Shown in pieces: positions 1-13,315 of a stretch of DNA of 64,000 nt; within the stretch, counting starts at the first letter, position 1; each line of letters starts with the position of its first letter. This DNA is from Tubiluchus corallicola (lineage: Eukaryota; Animalia; Priapulida), in NCBI GenBank assembly GCA_030141605.1, contig JAQGDQ010000520.1, forward strand, positions 62,001 to 126,000. Reading direction: 5' to 3'. Both the position numbers and the translations under genes were made by a program. The notes under the pieces are model-generated. The model did no database searches and was not told where the DNA came from. It saw only the letters and a program-made list of their open reading frames with translations.

Positions 1-69
1 CCAGCTACAAGCATGCAAATATATTAACCCCTCATATTACGAATATTAATTTGCATGGTCGATACTTAC

Positions 70-3000
70 CTGCACATTCGAAATAAGCTTTCCTCATTAT
101 CATTAGGAAAATATTCCTCCTCCAACATAGCAATGTCTTCAGATGTAACTTCCGGTATATCAGAATGCTGAAATTAACGAATACAGTTAGAATAAGTATC
201 ATAAAATAATAGGTGAAGTGTAGGTAATTCACATATTATGTTTTCCCTTCTCAACTTCCACAGTTTTATTGCTCTTATTGCTGTTGCTGCTATTATACTC
301 TCCTCAGTTACATTATTAGCTTTACTGTACACTCTTACAGAAGCATGTATATTATAATTATTTCTTCTATTAAGGTGAGTGTGTAAATGACCACATAGTC
401 GTACACTTTCCTTGCACGTCTTAAATTGCTTTGTTTCGAATTTTACTGATGTGTCTGTTACTGTATTTTTGATGTGTGAAATAAATGTCATACAGTGGCC
501 GCCGCTTATTGTGGACACCTCGGGCCAGCAGTGTATGTCCATATTAAGCGGCTGTCCATATTAAGCGAAGTGACCCATGAAGACCCTTCCCCTTCATTAA
601 AAAAGGCAAAAACTGTCTGTATCAACTCGTCTCCTGTTTTATTGAAAAAAAGAAGTCAGACGAGTTTGTTTGGCAGGAAACTTTTCTCTCAAGCTTGAAC
701 GGAAGGAAGTTATCACAGTTTCGAAGCTCTCAAGGCCACGGCAAACGGCGAACTGACTGATGCAATGACTCACACAGGCAGCAGAGCGGGAAGCTCTTTT
801 CAATCACGCGCGCAGGCCGTGGTTGGCACGGCTGGTCACGTGCCAAGAATGTTGGCTGTCCATATTAAGCGGCGGTTGTCCATATTAACCGGCGGATTTT
901 ATTAGGGGAAAATTCCGTCCCTCGCGAGTTGTCCACAATAACCGTGTCCATAATAAGCGGCGGCCACTGTAGTTCATAGGTAAAAATAATGTGTGGCTTT
1001 GAAACACTTTATCAGGAATTTTGAATGTGTTTACAAAATTCAGTTACAACTAAAATACATTTTTTTATTACCACATTTTTAGAAATATCACAACACTTCA
1101 ACAGTTCAACACCCGCTAAATTAATATAATTTAGATTATTAATCTTCTTAAGAACGAAAATAACATCACAACTACAATTTCCTATTTAATCTGTTTTGAT
1201 ATCAGCGATTATGTATCTGTAGTTCTTTCACAACAAGTGCCTGTTTTATAGTTAATGTCTGATACCTTATCCATTCTTTCAAATATTTTCTTCAGCTCCT
1301 CTGGCGTAATTTCGTTAGTGAAACTGTCTCCATATTTATCATAGTTAGCAGCAAATTTTTTAGCTGTTGTTGCTGGGATGTTCAACATATCAGCTGGAGT
1401 CCTAAAAATCAAGAGCTGCCTAAACAAGCATCTTTGGTTAACTCCTTAATACGGTACAATAAGATTTATTTATTACACTTAAAAGCATAAAAATGCACTT
1501 TAGTGCTACAATAAAAAAATTGAAAAATCACACACACAGAATATTAACATATACCGAAACATTTATGAAATCGCATATACAATGTACAATCACATATAAT
1601 TGCAAATTTGCAAAACTTAAGCATGGAACATAAAAACAGAATGTATTACGCATTCTTAACCTAAAAACACTATGCATTTAAATGAATCAAAACTTTACAA
1701 TATATGGAAGTGGCTATTGTTAGGAGTTGCAGCGGATGGTATAAAACTATTTTTACATCTACTTGTTCTCGCTTTCGGCAGGATGAGCTTGTAGCCTCTT
1801 CTATTTGAATAATGTAATTTTGGCAACAGTGCAGCTTTAATTAGTTTAGTGATGTAAATGATGGAAAACTTTTCCCTTCTAGTAACCTACACAAGCATCT
1901 TTGATTAACTCTCTAACACATTGTTTTCTCAGTAGTCAAAATTTTAATTGTTGTAGTACTGCACTTGCTTTAGTAAGGCACATGCCACAAGGTGTCCAGT
2001 TGATAATGGCAATGAAAAATGTGAACATTTAAGCGGTATGAAGACTGTTGTGCATGTTTTGTACAGAACAAACTGGATAAATGCAAAAAATTAAAAACAT
2101 TATAAATAAATCTTATAAAAAAATCTAAGTATAAATGTTTTATAAGGAAAAATTTAAAATGCAGGAGCATGCACAAGAACTCCTATTTCAATACCACAGC
2201 AATATAATCATTCGGATGATAGTGACCCTTGGGTCCTGTTTCAATGTAAGGGACACAGCAAGTAGTGTCCTTCCTCTGTTCAATACTCAATGCAGTGCTA
2301 GCCAAACAATGCGCATTCTCATTCTGCAACACGTTTAGGTAAATAAGTTTGATTTAACTATTACAAGATACTAATTTTTTCCATCATTCATATATTTGTG
2401 AATGCCTTGTCATGTCGCGGCTATTTAGACTGTTTTTTTCACTAAAATTCAGTTGCCTTTGCATATGTGCCGTGTAAATGCAAGAAACACATCAGATATT
2501 TATAAATAATATTTATCTGATGATTATACCAAGGAAGTAGTTTTTGAACATATAACATTTATAACAAAAAACTTGTTCTTTTTACTTTAAAAAATAATTT
2601 TTACTTAATACTTGCCAGTCAAAGCAAGTTTTTTTACTGCAGCAACGAACCAGCCAATCAGCTTTTACCACGTCGTAATCACTGTGCTCTATCATGTTTT
2701 TCACTCGCAGATTGATTCTCTCAGCAACGATACAGTAAGTTCTTGGACCTAAAATTAACAAAATGAATGATTATTATGACCACACATAAACACATCCTCA
2801 CACAGCAATGCCGCTCAAATCAAATAAACTGCAAAAAATAACACTGAGTAGAAAGATACACTGACCAGGATGCTGTACGATAGTTCCACCATGCTCTACA
2901 ATTAGTTTTTCCAGATCTTGTTTTGAGTGAGTTGGTGGACCATTGACTACACACATTTCTAAACCATTAAACAACTCTGAAACCTGATAAAAGCAGTGAA

Positions 3001-5800
3001 GTACATATAGATTAAAACTGACGAGCAAAGAAAACCCAATTAAACTTTGATACCAAACTTAAAACACAGAAAATGTGAAAAAGTTGAGATACGGCCGAGA
3101 TTTAACCCAAGGACATTCTATTAACAAGGCAGACACCTTAGATCACCCAGCCACTGTCACTCAGTGATTAAGGTAAGTAGAAAGTTCTTCGGTTAGCCGG
3201 CTATAGGAATGAACTTTGAACTGCTTTGAGCACTAGCGGATACAATGGCTGAGTGGTGTAAGGCTCTGCTTTGTAAGCAGACAGTCCCTAGTTTAAATTT
3301 GGGGTGCATTCTAACTTTTTTACATGATCTCTTTTCTAATTTTAGTATCAAAATTTAATTAACAGTGGGTTTGTTACATTTTAGCTGTCATGAATTTGAC
3401 GAATCAGTTCAAGTACAAGATGCTGTAGACCAACAACTTACGTGTAAATTTATACTCTTCCACAATTTATTAAGTAAAAGCTACGTACGCTATATATGTA
3501 TAAAATGTATAAATTACAATGATTACTGTGTTTTTTTTAGTATTGACTTTTACCTGTATATACTTATACTTGTTGCACTTGAATTATCTTCAACACTTCT
3601 TTATGTATGTAATTTATTGTATGTTGGTCGTGTTTTCATATCTCCGTGTATCTCCATACTAACTTTGTACTGTACTGTCCTTTTTATTGTATTGTCTTTG
3701 TAAAAATGTACTACATGTATGAAATAAATGGTATGTACATACTAAAGATAGACACATTCTAATGTTCATTCTATAAAGTCAACTTTACCAGTTTGTGCAT
3801 ATATACATATATTAGATATAAGATCATAACGGGATTTAGACATGAGATCCTAAAGCGTTGTGAGTGCCTCACTGACAAAGAAAAAACACCAAAGAAAACA
3901 GTAAAAGAATCCCATTAGTAATTTTCTTACTCCTAATACAGATAAGTTAGAGTTTGAGAAATTTGAAAAAAAAATTCAAAAGCTTATAGGCATCAACCTT
4001 TGTAAGACCTGACACATCAGCTGCTTTAAATTGACTTCCTATAAGAACTGGTTTGTCGGTCCGCACAACGCGTCTTTTCTTTTTTGTGGGCGAATCTATT
4101 TCTTCCTCATCATCGTCTAAATGTACACGTCTGGAAACAAGCTTGCTTTCCGTTGCCTGGAGAAGATCACAAATTAATGCAATAATGCAGTAAGAAAATA
4201 TTAATTGAAAATGAATATTACTGTGAATACTTTATTATATAAGTGGCAAAACTGATCACTATGCTACAAAATCGTACCAATCAATCATATCACTTATATG
4301 GATTACTTTTGCAACCAATGTATTCTATGAAAAGTAAAACACTGAAAACATGGGTGATGATCATAAGCCTTTTCATAGTTCCAGCGAGGTCAAAGGTCAA
4401 AGGTTATGTGAACTAGACAATGCATTTGTGTACGCTTGACAATGCTTTAACTTACCGAGCTCATTTTTTGTTCCCAAGCAAGATCCTGCTAGTAAAACAC
4501 TTTAAAACGCATAAAAGGTAAAGTCCACATAAAACAACAAGGGAATGGCATCGCAAATAAAGTTACTAAACTGATGTGGCAGACGACTTTGCCTTACCCA
4601 CATCACGTGGCGGTTTTAGTTAAGATGCGCTGCTGGGATTCACTTAACTTTTGACGTGCAGCAACTGTGCCTTATTGTAATAACTGAATGCAGTATTTGA
4701 AATCTAATCAAAAGTTCATACATTTCTCAGTTCCTGTAATTCTGCAGTTGTCATGCACTGAGACCAGGCTTTGTCATATCTAATCTTCTCTATTCGTGGA
4801 AAGCGCAGCGTGCAACCTGCCCCGTATTTATCACTGTTTGTTATTTCCGTAGCTTTGACCTGAAATTGTCGTTTTGTTTCAGTTGCAAATTAAAAGAACA
4901 AAAAAAAAACAAAAAATGCAACTAAAATACAAATCTTGAGACATCACATGTATTTTGTAAAGATGGAGTTGACACAGAATTAGAACTGATCATGGTTTCA
5001 AAGCAAATCATTTGTTTCAAGAACCACACATGAACAATAACAAATTACAAAAATACCTGGACAATAAATGACTTTGATGGTTCTATAAAAAGATCGGGCT
5101 TTTCTGCTGCAAGAGTAAGCCATGGAGGTGGTGATTTCTTCTTAAATGCCTGAAACAGAGAACACTTTCTTTAAGAACAAAATCACCAGAATAATATTAA
5201 AATTTTTTATATGAAATACTCTGTATACACATAAAAGACATGCAACCACAAAAATTAAACAATAAATTAAATTTTGCAAAATAACCAACCAAATCATAGT
5301 TTACCTGCCAATTGTCCTTCATTTTGACGCAGAGTTCATACAGCTCAGCCATTGTATAGCCAGAACCAACACGAGCCAAAGAGAAAAATCTTTTTGGCTC
5401 ATCTCCACTAGATGAAGGTTCAGCTAGAGCAACTAGAAAATGTGAGACTAGTCCGCTTCGACTACCAATGCCAAAGTACCCTCCTACAATTATCTAAAAC
5501 CACAAACGCGTGCATTAGCAAGAAAGCAGTAATATTTTTAATTGAAGGCAATGTCAGTAAGGAAGTGTATCGAGCATCATGTAATCAGAGGCTTCTTTCA
5601 GAGTTTGTAAGATCAAATGGGTCAGTGTGGGAAGACAACTTTGTACCTAGCACTTATAAACATTGTAATGAGGCTTTAAGCTGCTACACCCATATTGATC
5701 ATGTCATTTGCTCACAGAGATTGACACATAATCTAACATGAGGGTTTTAAAAGACGGTGATAATTTATCAGATCACTTTCACGTTGACTTGATTATTAAA

Positions 5801-5842
<42 letters not shown>

Positions 5843-8800
5843 CATCAAGACACAACTGCAAGTGGATAACACTTTCTGGGAAATGCTATTTTAATGAAAG
5901 TTTATTGTCTTGCTACGAATGATACAGGAAAATAAAAGAGGTCACAAAGTGCATTGTTATTGAAAATGTTAAATGTTCAAAGCCCGCAAAAAGTTAAAGC
6001 TTCAAGTCTAGAGAAATCTTAATTAAATCCAATTATTAAAAGCTAGAAAGAGCCAATATATGACTTATTCGTATTAGATACTCTTTACGTACACAAAGAG
6101 AGAAATTTTGAATGTTCCAACACAAAGCAACATGAAAATATATAAAAAATATGTTTATATATCCTGAATGAAAAAATACCAATGCTCATGCAATCTAATC
6201 TACACATAAAAATTCAGAAAATACAAATGTGCAATATCTGTCTAAAGCCTCAGGCAAATGATTTTATTTTGCTATTACACGGTAACTAATACACAAGCTT
6301 AATTACCCACCACATCTAATTCATCCATCAAGCTGCCAACATATTCTGGCTTTATCTTTAACCAGCCTCCTTTTGTCCGAGCATTGGGCTTGTAGATAGA
6401 AGCAGGGCTCTTCACAATAATGCCTTCCTTCCTTTCATCAATAGCCTCATTCAAGAAATTCACAACTTCTTGGCTAAGCATAAATAAGAAAACAAAATAT
6501 AGAATAGATTGCAGTTGAATCGTAATGAATAGTTGAAGATATTGCAACTGATATCTGCTTAAGTAAAACAAGCAACAGAGGTGAAAAACCTGTACATGAC
6601 AAAATACAAGCCAATGAGTTAAAACAGCATTTTTATTGGTCGGAAAGCAATGTCTTCCGTTTGAAAATTTAAAATTTTAGTTATCAAGACAGGTAGACAG
6701 AAAAATGGACGGACAGACAGCCAATCAGGCAAGCTGACAGACTGATAGACTGGCTTCTATTATTACTGATGATGGAGACTACATTTCTATATTATTTAGT
6801 GCTATGAAAACACAACAAGAACAAGTTGTCTGGTATGTAAAGTCTCACAATACATTAAATTGCAGAATGCGGTATACAGATTCAGTTTCAATTATATATT
6901 TATGGTAAGTATGCAAAAGAAATACTGTTTGCGTATAAATGTGTATTTCATAATGGCACATCCTATAACCAATAAAAGCAAGTACACAACTTACTTTGTC
7001 GATGCTTCATGACGGTCAGTATAAATAAGCCTGCCATCGAGCTCTTTAAAAAGCTTTGAAGAAGACAAATAAGACATCCGCTCCTCTAGGCCCTTGTTAG
7101 TTAAGACAATGTCATTGTACATAACAATGTCAAAAACACAAAACAAGACTTGAATGTCATCTCTCTCATTCACGCTTTTAACATCAAAATTTTCTGCTTT
7201 GCTACCTGCAAATTCCAAAATGTTATATGTAAAGATTCATTAGTACTTTTATAGAGCTTTACAATTGCTTGAAATTTGTCATTATGTAAGAAACTTGCAT
7301 TCGATTTGTACTAAGGCAAATTAAAATAAAAAAGTTAAAAAAATTGTTTCTTACAATTAAAGTGTAAAAGAAAATCTTGAAAAACCTTATGACTAACAAA
7401 GAAAATTTGAGTATAAAAGCAACATAATAATTAGCTCAAGTATTACATATTTTACGTATTCTGACAAATAAGGAGCTACTCTATATGTAACTCCTCATTT
7501 AACGACATTTCGTTTGATGATATTTCATCATTAAACATTAGACACTTGATATCTTTTCTCACTTAACGATGTATGTTTTGCTTTAAAGACAATTTTTTTG
7601 TTTTGCTCAAAGCAACTTTCATTTTTACTGTATTTCAATTCTCATACCAATAAACTTCTGCTCTTTATGATAAATAAGCATTTCTCCATCCAGAATACAA
7701 CTTTTTACACATGGGCAGAAGCAGTTTGCTATGTAAGGTGTTACAGTGCCTTCCAAAGGATTCAAACCAAACACACTGGTGTAGTCATGTCCCCTGCACA
7801 CAATAAAATACAAATGTCATTCTTTATCAAGATTATTTTCACATTCACATAGCTGGCACAAAATTCCACAATTTCTCAGCTCAAATTTAAAATATTAAAG
7901 TGAAAATATTTTGATACAAACCATTTCATAAAGTCAAAATAGCCAAGATTCTTTGATTGAAACTTGGACTAGAAAAGTAATCGAAGGCTGCTTATTTGAT
8001 AACAATAAATGCTTGTTTAATTCTTATAACCTCAATGTTAAGATTATTATTAATGATTAGTGATCTAAAGACATCTGTAATGAAAGCAGAAGATCCTTGG
8101 TTGCACTCCAACTTTTTCACATTTCTCGTCTTTTGAGTTTGGTGTCAAAATTCAATTAATTGTGTGTTTGTAATGCCATTTATAAATACTTAATATTTAT
8201 TCACAAAGAAAAACAATAACAGCATGACCCAAATCCCAGCAAAAACAGAGAAGCAGACTGATTAAATTTGTTTTTGACAAAAGGTAAATTTATATATCTA
8301 AAAAATTCATTTATCATAATTGCATTGGTGATAATTCTAATCCCGGCACTTATTAAATCCTTAACTACTGGCAAATATTTTAATTTTCTAACCCAACATC
8401 TCAATATACTTCAATGTATATTAGTCTTCAATGTGCACCAATTGTGCTTCACATTCATTAGTTGTTGATAGGTAGGGCTACATAAAAACATTAACAATTA
8501 ATTGCAAACCAACTGGATAGATATACTAGATACATATACTTAAGTCACTTACAAATACTGATATTAACAACGACTATCAATAACTAAATAAACAACAACA
8601 ACACTAAATAATCAGCAAGAAATGTCATTAATCAACAGCTTTTTCTTTGAAAGAAATATATGAAATAATACTTACCTACGAGAATAATATCTATATTCAT
8701 TTCGTTGCTTGTGCAGTTGCATTCGCTCACCGTCCCATTTTGTTTCAATGTAAAATCTCTCTCCTTTCATTAGTTTCTCCACCTAAATGTATAGTAACGT

Positions 8801-11800
8801 TTCCAAAAACGTATAGTATCTGTTCCAGTTCCAGTATAGTATCAGTTCCAAAAACATAGAGAAATTATCAGTATTCAAAGAAATTAAACCAATAGGCTTA
8901 TTACCACGTGTTTCAACCATTTCACATACATGCATTTACATGCATAAGGTCACGTGACGGTTGTAGTTAAGTAAGAGTGTGTTCAGTTATGTAAACAAGA
9001 TTTGCATGGTCATAGTGAAACTATGAAAAGGCTTATTGATGGAACTTTTGTTTAATACTAAATAAAACATGTTTAAAAAAATAATGAGAATAAGGCTACA
9101 TGCCAACTGTTTAAAATTCATTTCAATCTATGAGAAATTTAAAATTACTACTACTAATAATAATATTTATTAAAAGATGGCTTTTTTCAAAAAAAGTGAT
9201 TGTCATTAAAATATTGTCATTGAAAATTTAATCAAAGTAGAATACTTCAAACCAGCATTAGAGAAAATCAATCTGGAACTTACTTTTCCCGGTGAAGCCC
9301 GTTCAGCCAACATAGGACTAAATGCAGAGAATATACATATTTCGATCTCATGAAGCCTTTTCTTTGTATCATGTAATTGCTTGCAAACCTGAAACCATAC
9401 TTCTACTGCTTGTATAAAGTCAAACTAAACCCTCATTACAATATAAGCTTTTACAACTTAAAATTCTACTCTTATCATGAATATTCAATTAATTTTACTA
9501 TAAACTTGTTTCTTTTGATTTTTTATCACTTCGTTGTTAGAAGTAATGGATTTGAAGAACTGCCATTTTTCGCTGAGCAAGACAAATCACTTTATGATTA
9601 CAGTAACGACGTCACTAAAGACTGGTAAAAAACACCGGTAACCAAAGACGCTTTCTGTACTATGCACGTCATTCTCACTTACTCGCACCAAAGACACGAA
9701 ACATGGCAATCTTTACTGCAATGCATACACTCAAAATTCACCAGAAAAAAGTAAGTTATTTAATTTATAAACTTCTTTTGCTTATTAATAATAACTATGA
9801 ATTCTTTGCGTAATCGTAATAATGCGGTAAAAAACTTCAATTAACACAACACTTCATTTTGATCTGTCGACTGAAACATAAACTTTTAAATGTTAGTTCT
9901 TGTTCAAATACACATATCCAACACAGGTTCAGTGCACAAAAATATCAAATACAATTAAACGACAATTTTAAAGCTGCACAGTTAGTAAGAAAGAGGTAAA
10001 TATAAGTTAATAATTACACATTACACATACTCATCCAAAAGTTTGTGGGCTGAAAGTCTCAAACTCATGAAATGCCCTTTAGTTTAGTAAGGGGCTTAAA
10101 TATTTTCTAATGGCACTGCGGAAACAAATTTCAAAAGGCACGGAAGCATAATGGTACGCTCCAACAATTAGAATACGACAATATTCAAAAGAGCTCCTAA
10201 TAAAAGTTACTTATGACACTTTATGCTCCCTGTACATATTCAGAGTGATGATTTTGCAACTGGTAGTTATATGTTGCTGCAACACATTCAAACAGTACAG
10301 TACAGAACTTTTAAACATAGTGACAGTAAACTAAAAAAGTTGTACTGATATTGGATGCAGCTACCTGTTAAGCTGTTAAAATAACTACCTTCTCCAAGTT
10401 AGTGGACACATTAAAAAGATCTTCTGCATCTGGATGAAAAACTGAAAATATTGAAGCTTGACTCAGACCCATTTTCATCTCCTTCATTATCATTCGAATC
10501 AGCCATTTCTGCTCCAGCGCAGAGCAGTTGTGAAGCAGCTTAAGAAGATTCCTCTGCCCCAGTTCTACAAAATGAGATACCCATTTGTTTGTTTTTTCAA
10601 GCTTTATTTCAGTAAATAAAAAGTACCGTAAAACAGTAAAAGATGATGTATGTAGCTATGCATATATTGCTATCTTTTTTTCTTATAAATTATTCAATAA
10701 TATTCTAATGTCCAGCTTTCTATCCCAGCAAATGCGGTTACTGCACTTTTTTGAAGTTTATCATTGGCAGTACATATATGAAGAAGCCAAAGGCACCTAC
10801 TAACATTTAACCAGACATAAACCTGATTACTTACTGGTTGTAGATGACAGTATGGCAAATATACAAACTCATTCTTATACCAAGATTACTGTCACAGAAT
10901 CTATAATAGCAAGTGATTAAATAATAATGTTGAGAACAAAATAACTAATAATTACCACCAGTTCATGCTTTGCTCATACACAAGTACAAATATAAATGCT
11001 GTTGCACAGATTTTATTTTAGATTTATACAAGATTTTAGATTTGCCTTTATTTTTTGTGGCATTTCCTTCAGCAACTGCATCCAGGCATTTGTTAACATC
11101 TTCAATGGTCAAAGAGCCTTTCTCTGGACATCGGTTCTTCAACACAAAAAATGCTACAGATGCAAAATCTGTTCGTCCCTGTCAAAACAATGGCTGTGTT
11201 ATTTTAAATCCATATCAACTTAAACTGAATTTACAGATGTATTTTATTATAATAGTGCTATTTTATTCTTTTGTCTCATTAGTGAACACTATGATTACTA
11301 TTGAAACTTACTTCTTTGGTAGCATTTTTTGGTGCTCTATAATTCAGTAGTTTTTTAGCATCTGCACTTTCTTTGTTGAGACAGAGAATGTCAATGTATT
11401 TCTTTGCTAAAGTATTCTGCAAAAAAACCAGCAAGTGGATATTTCCCTGATAAATATCTAAGCAAAAATATTATTACTCCACAACTGATATCATGTTTTA
11501 AAAGTAATGCATGAGATTTTAATGTAATAGAAAGGTTTAGCTCATCTAACTGAACAATAATAACTGCATTCATAAGTATAACGAAAATAAAAATAGATAC
11601 AAAAATAGTATATCTACAGAACAGCAATAAGAAAAACTGAGTTGTCTACGTAGCATAAAGGGAGAATAATAGTAGATTCAATCACACACCTCCTTAATGC
11701 CATATGCAGCTCTTTCTCGTTCCAAATGAGGTAGGATAAGTCTCATACAAGAATAAAAAGAGTCTTTCTGAAAAAGCAAAAAAAAAAACAAACTAAAGTT

Positions 11801-12551
11801 GATTTTTTCATTTTCGTTGTATAGTCTACACTCACAACACATTGTCAGAGTAGAAAACAATTGAAATAATTTGCGATAAATCTCGCAAATTATACATCAA
11901 GTGGAACCAGTATTTTATACTGTAGATTGTTATCTCCCGTGCCTAAAAACAGGTTCTGTTTTTCTTAAAGTCTATCCAGTCAAAGAACAAATTTTTTGTC
12001 CATTTCTTACTGTTACTGTTAATCTATATAAACTAGCAAGACAAATGTTCTTCTTGGATGTCAGGCTGAGTAAGGATTTTACTCAACTAACAAAACTAAA
12101 GTTGTACCAGGTTAGCAGTATTTAAGATAGGAAGCTGTACGTGCACAAATTCATGTGTGCTAGACAACAAAAATGTTGTTTTTAAACCTTAATGATTTTT
12201 TATGCAGCATAATTATGCACTATTTCACAATGAGATGCACATGCTTTTCGAATTGTTCAATAAAATAATATGCATGCTGTTTGAGCAATAATTTGTACCA
12301 AGAAGTAATGGTAGGAAAGACAAACCATATGAAAACCGGTAAATTTATACACTAAATAATAAATAAAAAAGAAAATCGACAATTCTTACCGAATCTGACT
12401 TTTGCTCATGAAGCTTGTTGTGGACTCCCCGCCAATGACTGATAAAATCGGCCAATTTTCTTTTTTTGTTATCTGTGCCACGAAGTTTCTCAATTTGTTC
12501 TAACAAGCGGCAGAGATCACCAAAGGGCACTTTTGATTCAACAGTCGACAT
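70..12551 (-). CDS. LIG4: DNA ligase IV (NHEJ ligase), multi-exon, 3' end outside the window
   Basis: Coding exons in transcript order: 12551-12390, 11767-11690, 11416-11312, 11178-11046, 10564-10389, 9388-9284, 8782-8676, 7793-7648, 7205-6995, 6473-6311, 5493-5305, 5149-5057, 4859-4722, 4156-3998, 2983-2866, 2748-2616, 1401-1266, 167-70. All have AG acceptors, GT donors (two GC) and consistent phases, giving 2450 nt with no stop. Recognised motifs: [31 protein letters not shown], motif [57 protein letters not shown]1 (IVEHGG..WLVRC), YDKYGDSF. Confidence 0.96.
493..969. mobile_element. Tc1/mariner-pogo (Tigger-like) MITE in LIG4 intron 17
   Basis: 26-bp TIRs CAGTGGCCGCCGCTTATT(G/A)TGGACAC with 1 mismatch; TA target duplications at 491-492 and 970-971; internal copies of GTCCATATTAAGCGG; no transposase. 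Confidence 0.92.
2616..2983 (-). CDS. LIG4: LIG4 exons 15-16: first BRCT domain
   Basis: [15 protein letters not shown]...[26 protein letters not shown]...[11 protein letters not shown]; exons 2983-2866 and 2748-2616. Confidence 0.9.
3038..3362. mobile_element. Inverted pair of tRNA-derived SINE-like heads with shared AT-rich tails
   Basis: 3243-3362 (+) has an A-box-like TGGCTGAGTGG and a degenerate B-box; 3038-3157 is a diverged reverse-complement copy (TGGCTGGGTGA...GGGTTAAATC). A further tail copy lies at ~8075-8161. Confidence 0.6.
3491..3735 (+). repeat. Dispersed ~245-bp repeat, copy 1
   Basis: Colinear similarity to 46451-46690 (e.g. AATGTATAAATTAC..ATTACTGTGTTTTTTTAGTA, CTGTACTGTC..AAAAATGTACT). 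Confidence 0.8.
5800..5843. repeat. (TAT)n microsatellite
   Basis: Read directly from the sequence. Confidence 0.9.
6311..6473 (-). CDS. LIG4: LIG4 exon 10: ligase motifs IV and V
   Basis: [39 protein letters not shown]; the phase-0 donor GTGGGT joins to IIVGGYFG. Confidence 0.93.
8676..8782 (-). CDS. LIG4: LIG4 exon 7: adenylation motif I, catalytic Lys codon at 8740-8738
   Basis: Translates [35 protein letters not shown]; TAG acceptor and GTAAG donor. Missing from the ORF track. Confidence 0.95.
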
Positions 12552-13315
12552 CAAAGTCTGAAATGTGAAAAATACTTTTAAAGCCTATTACATTTTTTCT
12601 TACAAATGAATAGTTTGCTATAGCAACAATGGCATCACGAATGCTTATAAAGCTCAACTTAGCATAAAAATATAATAAACGTATGTGAGTATGTCACTTC
12701 CCAGCTTAAGTTAACAAAGCAAGGGTAATGACTGATACGCGAGATATTCCACTCCTGTATGCAGCTACCAGCATAAATTTTCTGCTCCTAAAGTCAGAAT
12801 TGGCTAAAACTGTTGAATACATTTATTTATTTTAGCTATCCAAGTTGTTTTTAGTTTGCCAGGTAATTTTTTGCAAGGTTTTAAGGTTTACTACTGGATT
12901 CACTTTGGAATTCTCCACATCTGCAAATCAATGTCTATCGACAAAATGTTAACATCCACTTGTTTAAACGTTCAGTGCTACCTATAAAATCTTTAATTAT
13001 CGCCTCAATATCAAAAAGTTTTTAGTCAGCAACTTCACATCTTCAATATATCAACTAGCTTGAAATTAGATTTTGAAAAATATTGTATAACAGCACATCC
13101 CTTTGAGTAGCATAAAGCACACAATCAGACAAAAGATGTTCTGTAGATTCCAATAAATCACATTAGGCTCTCGCACAAACTTCTGATTCTGTAGCTGTTA
13201 TTGCTGATGTAAGGGACAGTAATGACGAATCAACTATGGTTGCCTCTATTCTAAAAAATGACCAATCAAGGATTACATGGATTTGTCTAGAACTGTAAAT
13301 ACTATAAAAAATAAG

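Noticed and set aside
3243-3320. Functional tRNA gene
   Set aside because: The B-box and acceptor stem are degenerate, and it occurs as dispersed diverged copies with a common tail.
3365-3703. Hydrophobic ORF with a paralogue at 46443-46715
   Set aside because: The similarity comes from a dispersed AT-rich repeat inside introns; there is no proper ATG or splice context.
8738-8740. KWDG variant of ligase motif I as loss of function
   Set aside because: The x in KxDG is variable (L/Y/W/F); the catalytic Lys, Asp, Gly and Arg are intact.
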